DNA of 64,000 nt, taken from the NCBI GenBank assembly GCA_040005235.1, contig JBDTZG010000009.1, forward strand, positions 1 through 64,000, read 5' to 3'. The stretch comes from Acidobacteriota bacterium. GTDB taxonomy: Bacteria > Acidobacteriota > Thermoanaerobaculia > Multivoradales > UBA5704. The translations under genes and the position numbers were made by a program. The notes below the pieces were generated by a model. The model did no database searches, had not been told where the DNA came from, and worked only from the letters and a program-made list of their open reading frames with translations. Positions within the stretch are counted from its first letter, which is position 1; the number at the start of each line of letters is the position of its first letter. Below, piece by piece: positions 1 through 9,000 of this stretch.

Positions 1-96
1 GGGCCGGCTGGTCCGGCGCCGTTACAGCCGCCCCGAGCAGCCGCTCGAAATGCCCGATCAGCCGATCGACCGTCGCCCCGTCGAACAGGTCGGTGG
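1..96. repeat. Near-identical direct copy of 52238-52333 (end of C domain and C-A linker before the Thr A domain)
   Basis: Manual alignment shows 4 mismatches in 96 nt, and identity falls off right of position 96. Confidence 0.9.
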
Positions 97-3000
97 AGTG
101 CTTGACGGCACCCGCGATTCCCCCGCTCCACTCCTCCAGGCTCATCGTGAGATCGAACTTCGCCGTGGTCTCCGCGGTGCCCATCGGGCGGATGCGCAGG
201 TCGGGGATCTCCAGGGCTTGCGCGGGAGCGTTGCCGAGGACGAACACCACTTGAAACAGCGGAGTGCTCGCCAGGTTTCGCTCCGGGGCAAGCTCTTGGA
301 CGAGCCGCTCGAAGGGCACGTCCTGATGCAGGTGCGCGGCCAATGCGGTCTCTCGCACCCGGCACAGCAGCTCGCGAAACGACGGGCCGCCCGTAAGGTC
401 GCCGCGCATCACCAGCGTGTTGACGAAAAACCCGATCAACCCTTCGATCTCCAACCGGTTGCGCCCGGCCACCGGAACACCGATCGCGAGGTCGTCCTGG
501 CCGCTGTACCGCGCCAGAAGCGCCTGAAATCCGGCGAGCAACAGCATGAAGAGGGTCGATCCCTCGCGCCGGCTCAAAACCTTGATCCGATCGGTGAGGT
601 CGGCCGAAAGCCGCATCGGTCGCGCGGCGCCGCGGAAGGTCTGTACCGGGGGCCGAGGCCGATCGGTGGGCAGCTCCAACCGGGGCGGCAAGCCTTCGAG
701 CTGCCGGCGCCAGAAGGCGATCTCGCTTTCGAGCAGCGCGCCGCGCAACCACGCGTGTTGCCAGGTCGAGAAGTCCGCGTACTGCACCGCCAACTCCGGC
801 AAGGGCGAGGGTAAACCGTCGGCAAAGGCCGAATAGAGCGCCGTGACTTCACGCACCAGGATGCCCATCGACCAGCCGTCGCCGACGATGTGATGCAAGG
901 AGAGGACGACCGCATGATCGTCGCGGGCCGATGCGACCAACACCCCCCGCAACAGGGGGCCTCGGGCGAGATCGAACGGACGCACCGCCTCCTGCCCGGC
1001 GAGGAGGAGCGCCAGCCCCTCGCGCGCCGCTTTCGGCAGTCCCGACAGATCCACCACGGCGAGGGCGAACGGCTCCGCCGCCCGGATCACCTGTACCGGT
1101 GAGTGCTCCCTGACCTCGAAGAGCGTGCGCAGCGCTTCGTGGCGACGGACGATCTCGCTCAAACTGCGCGCCAGCACGTCGGCTCGCAACGGCCCCTCGA
1201 CCCGGAGCGCGATCGGCAGGTTGTAGTACGGATTGCCGGGCGCGAGGCGATCGAGGAACCAGAGCCGCTGCTGCGCGAACGACAGGGGCAAAGGCCCCTG
1301 GCGCAGCATCGGAACCAGGGGCGGAGCGAGCCGCTCGGCACCGCTCTGCAGGGCGTCTTCCACGCGGGCCGCGAAGGCCGCCAAAGCCGGCGCTTCGAAG
1401 AGATCCCGCAGAGGAATCTCAACCTCGAGGGGCTGACGCAACCGGGACACCATCTGCATCGCGAGCAGCGAATGCCCGCCCAGCTCGAAGAAGCGATCCC
1501 GGCGCCCCACCCGTTCGAGCCCGAGCAGCTCGCACCAGACGGCGGCGATCAGCTCCTCGACCGGCGATCTCGGCGCTTCGAAGTCCGCTCTGAGATCGAC
1601 CCGGCCCGCCTCGGGATCCGGCAGCGCCCGCCGGTCCACTTTGCCGTGAACGGTGAGCGGCAGCGCCTCCATCGCCACGAAGACGGAAGGCACCATGTAT
1701 TCGGGAAGACGGCGCCGGGCTTCCTCTCTCAGCTCGGCGGCGAGTCCCGCGTCGGCGCCGACGGCGGCAAACCAGGCGACCAGCCGACGGGTGCCGGCGC
1801 GGTCGTCCTGCGCCAAGACCAAGGCTTGGGAGACGCGCGGGTGGGAGGCGAGCGTCGCTTCGATCTCGCCCAGCTCGATCCGAAACCCGCGCACCTTCAC
1901 CTGCTGGTCGGCCCGACCCAAGAACTCCAGTTGCCCGTCCGGCAGGCGAACCGCCAGGTCGCCACTGCGGTAGAACCGCTCGCCGTCCACGGCAACGAAC
2001 TTCTCCCGGGTGAGATCCTCCCGGCCCAGATAGCCGCGGCTGACGCCGGGACCGCCGATCCAGATCTCTCCGACGACGCCGATCGGGACCAGGTTCCCCG
2101 AGGTATCCCGCAGTTCCAGCTCCGCGCCCGCGAGCGGCCGACCGAGGAGCGGCCGCGAAGCGCCCGCCGGAACCGGATGGCTGGAGCAGATGATGGTCGC
2201 TTCGGTCGGGCCATAGAGAACGTGGATCTGCGCGCACGGAAAGACCGCCGGCAGGTCGGCCAGAAGGTCCGCCGGAACCGCGTCGCCGCCGACGAAGACG
2301 ATCCTCAAACCCGGATGGGCGTCGCCGCGCCTGCGCGCCTCGTCCACCACCTGCCGGAGCAGGGCGGGGACCGCGTGGAGCGCCGTCATCTCCCCCAACC
2401 TTTCGGCGAGATCGATCAGATCCAGAGTCGGGCGCAGCGGGAACAGGACCGAGGTTCCACCGCTCAAAAGGGGGCCGAAGAGCTCGAACAGGAAGATGTC
2501 GAACGAGAAGGGGGCGAGGCAGGGCATGCGATCCTCGGCTCGCCAGCCGAAAGTCTCGCGGCTCGCGAGCAGCACCGAGGCGAGGTTGCCGCGCTCGACG
2601 ACCACGGCCTTAGGGGTACCCGTGCTCCCCGAGGTGTAGATCAAGTAGGCCGGGTGGTGCGCCCGCACCCCGGAGACCGGGGAGTCGCCGCTCTCCCGCT
2701 CGATGGCGTCGCGGTCGCGATCGAGCGCGAGGGTGATAAGCGGGTGGCCGGCGATCTCGCCGAGACGCTCTTCGGTGACCAGGATGCGAGCGCGGCTGTC
2801 GCGGAGCAGGAGCCGAGTGCGCTCATCCGGCAGTGCCGGGTCGAGCGGCAAGTAGGCCGCCCCCGCCTTGAGCACGGCGAGGATCGCCGCCACCAGATCG
2901 GGCGTCCGCTCAAGCCGCAGCGCCACCGTGACGTCGGGACCGGCGCCGATGCGCCGCAAGGCCTGGGCCAGGCGGTTCGCTCGGAGGTCGAGGTCGTCGT

Positions 3001-6000
3001 AGGACACTTCGGTTTCGCCGCACACCAGAGCGATCCCCCCGGGCGTCCGTTCTGCTTGGATGGCGAACAGCCGGGCCGGATCCGACTCCCCTTCCGGCTC
3101 TGGGACCCGTCCCCGCCACTCGAAAACAAGCTGGTGGCGCTCCCCCTCCCCGAGCATCGGAAAAGCGGCGAGAGGACCCTGGGAATCGACCGCGATCCCA
3201 GCGAGGAGCCTTGTGAGGTGGGAAGAGAAGCGACGGATCGTCGTCGCATCGAACAGGTCGGTGCTGTACTGGAACGATCCGAACAGCTGATCCCCCGACT
3301 CCGTCAACGAGAGGGCGAGATCGAACTTGGCGGACCCTGACTCGGTGGTCATCACGCCGATTTCCAGCCCCGCCAACCGAAGCTCCTGGCCGCGCTCCCG
3401 GCGCTCGAACGCAAACAGGGTTTGAAACAGCGGATCGTGTCCGAGGCTGCGCTCGGGCCTCAGCTCGTCGACCAGCTTCTCGAACGGCAGGTCCTGATGC
3501 TCATGGGCATCGAGCGATACGTCGCGGACCCGGGCTTGAAGGTCGCTGAAATTCGCCAGGCTCTCGAGGTTGACGCGAAGAGCCAGGGTGTTGACGAAGA
3601 ACCCGATCAGCTTTTCGGTCTCGCCATGATTGCGGCCCGCGATGGGGGTGCCGATCACCAGATCCTGTTGGCCGGTGTGACTAGCCAGAAGCACAGCGTA
3701 GCAACCGAGCAAAGTCATGAAGAGCGTTGCGCCCCCCTCCTGGCCTACGCGCCGCAAGCCGGCGGCGGTCGCCTCGGGGAGGGCGAAGCGTTCGATCGCG
3801 CCCCGGCCCGAGCGGACCGTCGGCCGCGGTCGGTCGGTTCGCAGCTCCAGCAGCGGAGGTGCATCGCTCAGCGCCTGCCGCCAGAAGGAGAGCTCGGCCT
3901 CCAGGGCCGGCCCATGCAGCCAGCTCCGCTGCCACTCGGCGAAGTCGGCGTACTGGACCTCCAAGGCCGGGAGAGGCACCAGCCGCCCGGCCGACAACGC
4001 GCCGTAACTCGTGGCGACCTCGCGCACCAGCACGCCGATCGACCAGGCGTCGCTTACGATGTGATGCATCGTGAACAGCAGAATGTGGGTGGCAGGGTCG
4101 ATCCGCAGAAGCCTCGTCCGCACTAGGGAATCTTGAGCCAGATCGAAGGGAAGCCTGGCCTCCCGATCGACCTGGAAACTCACGGCCCGGGCGCGTTCGG
4201 TCGCCGGCAATCCGGAGAGGTCGCCGACCGGCAGGGCCACGGGAGCCGCAGCATGGATGACCTGAACCGGGCTCCCCGTCGCCGCGAGCGAGAACGTGGT
4301 ACGCAGCGCTTCGTGCCGGGCCACCACCGCGGTGAGCGTGCCGGCGAGAGCCGCGATGTCCAAGGTGCCTTGAAGGCGCAGAGCGACAGGGATGTTGTAG
4401 GCCGCGCCGCCCGGCGCCAACCGGTCGAGAAACCAGAGCCGTTGTTGAGCGAACGAGAGAGGCAGCGCGCGATCTCTCGGCGCCGGCCGCAGGGGCGGAT
4501 GCTTGGGAGCGTTTCCGGCCTGGCGGGCGGCCTCGATCCGACCGGCCAGCTCAGAGAGCGTCGCGGCCTCGAAGACCGAGCGCAGCGGCAGCTCTACCCC
4601 GAACGCCTTGCGGATTCGCGAGACGACCTGCGTAGCCAGCAGGGAATGGCCGCCCAGCTCAAAAAAGTTGTCGTGCACCCCGATCGGTCCGCGATCGAGA
4701 AGATCGCTCCAGACCATTCCCAGCAGCTCTTCGATCGGGGTCCGCGGCGCGACCGAAGCCATCCGGCCTACCGCCGAGTCGTCCGGTGCCGGCAACGAAT
4801 GACGGTCCAGCTTGCCGCTCGCCAAGAGCGGAAATCGCTCCAGGAAGACGAAGCTCGACGGTACCATGTATTCCGGTAGACGCTCGCGCAGGGCGGCCTG
4901 CAGGCCCTCCGCGGCCACCGAGGCACCGGCCGCTGGCGCCACGTACGCCACCAGGCGAAGCTCCCCGCCGCCATCGGCCCGCGCCAGGACGGCGACCTCT
5001 TGGGCGCCCGGAAACGTGGCGAGGACCGCTTCGATCTCCCCCAGCTCGATCCGAAAACCGCGGATCTTCACCTGGCGGTCGATCCGCCCAAGGAAGTCGA
5101 GACCACCGTCCGGGAGACGGCGCACCAGATCCCCTGTGCGATAGAGGCGGGCGCCCGGCTCGACGGCGAACGGATCGGGGAAGAAGACCTCGGCGGTCCT
5201 GCCGGGATCGCCCAGGTAGCCTCGGCCGACTCCGGCGCCGCCGACGAAGAGCTCGCCGGCAACGGCCGGCGGCACGAGCCCCAGCGGACGGTCCAAGACA
5301 TAGAGGCGCGTCCCGAGCACCGGCCGGCCGATCGGCACGCGCACCTCGCCGGCCGGCGGAGGCAAGGCGACCGTGTGATGGGTCACGTCGTCCGAGCACT
5401 CGGTCGGTCCGTACGCGTTGAGCAACGGAATTTCAGGGTAGGCCGCCAGCCAGCGACGGCAGAGATCCGGCAGCAGCGCCTCCCCGGTCGGAATCAGCCA
5501 GCGCAGGGCATCGATCGCGGGGCGCTCGCCACGCGTCGCCACCTCCTCCAGCAAGTACCCGAGGAGCGACGGTACCGTCTCCAGGATCGTCACACCCGTG
5601 CTCATCAGGCCGTCCAGCAGCCGTGCCGGATCTTGGGCGGTTTCGGCCGGGAAGATCTCAACCCGCCCGCCGACGAGAAGTACGGCGAGAAACTGCCAGA
5701 CCGAGATGTCGAAGGTCTGGGTCGCCGTCTGCGCCACCACGTCTGCCGCCCGTAGGTCGAGATCGCAGACCTTCGCACGGAGGTGGTTCAACATGCCGCG
5801 CTGATGCAGCATCGCCCCCTTGGGCAATCCCGTGGAGCCCGAGGTGAAGATGACGTAGGCGAGCTGCTCCGGCAGGGCCTCGCCGGCCGGCGGTGCCTCG
5901 TCCGGACGGCGGGAGATCAGCGCCTCTAGCGGGAGGATTCGAGGCCGTTTCGCCAGCCTTTGGGCGGCCTCATCGGCTCCGCCGAGGTAGGCCGAGGCGG

Positions 6001-9000
6001 TCAGCAGGTAGGGCGCGGCGCTCTGTTCGAGGACTTGCCTCAGCCGGTGCGGAGGGTAGAGCGGGTCGAGCGGAACATAGGCCGCGTCGGCCTTGAACGC
6101 CGCGAGCATGGCGATGGCAAAGTCGAGCCCGCGATCCGCGAGCAGCGCGACCAGCCCGCCTGGAGCGAGCCCCTCCTCCGCGAGCTCGACCGCCAAGCCG
6201 TTGGCACGGCGATCGAGCTCGCCGTAGCTCAGGCAAACCTCGCCGCAGGTCACCGCGATCGCCTCGGGGATGTCGCCGGCCACGATCCGGAAGAGCTGGT
6301 GGAACGGGCGCTCGAAGGCCATCTCGGTCGGCGCTTGATCTCCTTCCGCAAGGATCTGCCGTCGTTCCTCGGCGTCCAGCAGAGGCAGCTCGGCCAGACG
6401 CCGATCGGGGCCGTCCGCGGCACTCGTGAGCAGGTTCACAAGATGGCGCGCCAGCCGCTCCGCGGTCGCCGGTTCGAACAGGGCGGTATTGAAATCCAAG
6501 GCCCCGCGTAAGGCGCCCCGTTCCTCGGCGATCAGCAGCTCCAGGTCGAACTTCACGTTCTGACCGGCAAAGCCCAAGGGCTCGATCTCCAGGCACGGCA
6601 GCTCAAGACCTCCCGGTTCGACGCTCTGAAACGAGAACATCACCTGAAACAGCGGCGAATAGGCGAGGCTGCGTTCCGGCTGCAGCTCGTCGACCAACTT
6701 CTCGAACGGCAGGTCCTGATGGGCGTAGGCACCGAGCAGCTCCTCGCGCGCCTGAGCGAGCAGCTGGCGGAACGAGGAGACCGTTCCCAATCGGCCGCGG
6801 AGCACCAGGGTATTGACGAAAAACCCGATCAGCCCCTCGGTCTCCAGCCGGTTGCGGCCGGCGATCGGCGAGCCCACCGCGATGTCGTCCTGGCGGGCGT
6901 AACGACCCAGGAGGGCCTGCAATCCTGCGAGCAGCGTCATGAACAACGTGGCGCCGTCACCCCGGCCGACCCCCACCAGGGCCGACGCCAGCTCGGCGGA
7001 AAACAGGATGGGACGTTGGCTCCCGCGGTAGGTCTGCACCGCCGGCCGTGGGTGGTCCGTCGGCAGCTCCAGAATCGCCGGGAGGCCCGCGAGGCGCTCT
7101 CGCCAGTAGCCGAGCTCGGCCGCGAGCACCTCGCCGGAGAGCCAATCCCTCTGCCAGACCGCAAAGTCGACGTACTGCACCGGCAGGTCGACCAGCGGCG
7201 AGGGCGAACCGGCTCGAACAGCCGCATACAGCGCGGAGGCTTCTTGCGCCAGGATGCCGAGCGACCAGGCGTCGCTCACGATGTGGTGAAAGCTCAAGAG
7301 CAGGGCGTGCTCGATCTCGTCGATCCGCAGCAGAAGGTTCCGCACCAGCGGTCCCGCCGAGAGATCGAACGGCCGCGCCGCCTCCTCGGCCGCCAGGCGG
7401 CGCGCGGTCTCCTCGCGCGACTCAGTCGGCAGGCGGCGGAGGTCGACCAGCGGCAGCCGCGGTCGCGGCGCGCCGAGGACCACCTGCGACGGCCGCCCGC
7501 CGGTCGCGGCGAACCTCGTGCGCAGGATCTCGTGGCGGCGCACGATTTCGGCGAGCGTCGCCGCGAGCGCCGCCCGGTTCAAAGGTCCTCGGAGCCGCAG
7601 CGCCAAGGGGTTGTTGTAAAACGCGCTGTCCGGCTCCAGCTGATGGAGGAACCAGAGCCGCTGCTGGGCAAACGAGAGGGGCAGGTCCCGGTCGCGCGCA
7701 ACCGGTACGACCGGCGGCGCCTGCAAACCCTCGCCCGCCCGCATCGACTGCTCGATCCGCGCGGCGAGCCCGGCTACGGTCGGCTCTTCGAACAGGGTGC
7801 GGAGCGGGATTTCGATCCGAAAGGCCTCCCGCACCCGCGACATCAGCTGCGTCGCCAACAGCGAGTGACCGCCCAGGTCGAAGAACCCCTGGTCCGTGCC
7901 GATCCGATCGAGGCCCAGAAGGTCGGCCCACAGGCCCGCCAAGACCTCCTCGAACGGGTTGCGCGGCGCCACCAGGCCGTCGATAGCCTGGCCGGAAACC
8001 TCCTCCGGTACGGGCAGCGCGGCGCGATCCACCTTGCCGTTTCGGTTCAGCGGGAAGCGGTCCAGGAGGACCACCACCGCGGGCACCATGTACTCCGGCA
8101 ACCGCTTGCGCAGCTGTTCGCGCAACTCGGCGGGGCTCGCTTGCGCCGGTCCGGATGTGAAGACCGGGAGCGGCGCGAGAGCGGGCGGGCTGGGCACGAA
8201 ACGGAGACCGGCTCGCCGCGCAAAGAGGTTGAAGCGATCGGTGCCGACCAGCAGCTCGTCCTGCTCGATCACCACCTCGAAGCCATGGCCTTCCAGCAGC
8301 CCGAGCAGGTCGCGGCAACGCCCCTCGCTCTCCGTGCCGGGAGCATCGTGGACCTCCATGACCACTTGGGCGACCTTGGCCCAATCCGCCGCGTCGAGGC
8401 CCGCCAGAACGTCCATCTCCGCCCTCTGAACGTCCACCTTGAGCAGGTCGATGCGCTCGACTCCCTCCTCCCGGATGACGTCCGACAGCCGGCGCAGCCG
8501 GCACTCTTCGACCTCGCTTTGGAAGCGGCCGGCCAGCAACTCGTCCGCCTCCGCCAAGAGGGCGGCGGCATCGCTCGATCCGCGCTCCTCCTCATTCCTC
8601 AAGAATCGTTTGACCACCTCGACTTCGTCTTCCGGAACCGCGTAACCGGCGAGTCCGGACATCATGGTGTACCGGGGGTAGTAGGTGAACTGCGCCGTCT
8701 GCTCTTTTTGCGCCAGACCGTGGCGAAAGAGGTGAACCTCCTCCGGACCGTACAGATTGGCGTTTCCTTCGAGAGCCGCAAAGATCGGGCCGATCGGCTC
8801 GAAGGCGTAGATTCGAGCGGTCGGGCAGCTTCTGGCAACGAATAGGGTGAACATGCCGATGTTCGCCCCGACATCGAACACGCAGGCGTTTTCCGGCAAC
8901 GCGATGCCGTGCTGGAAATAAGCCTCCTTGCGGAAGATCTCCTCGTACAGGTACTCGGTCTCGTTGCGGTTCTGGTGGAAGACGGCCATGCCGTTGGGGA

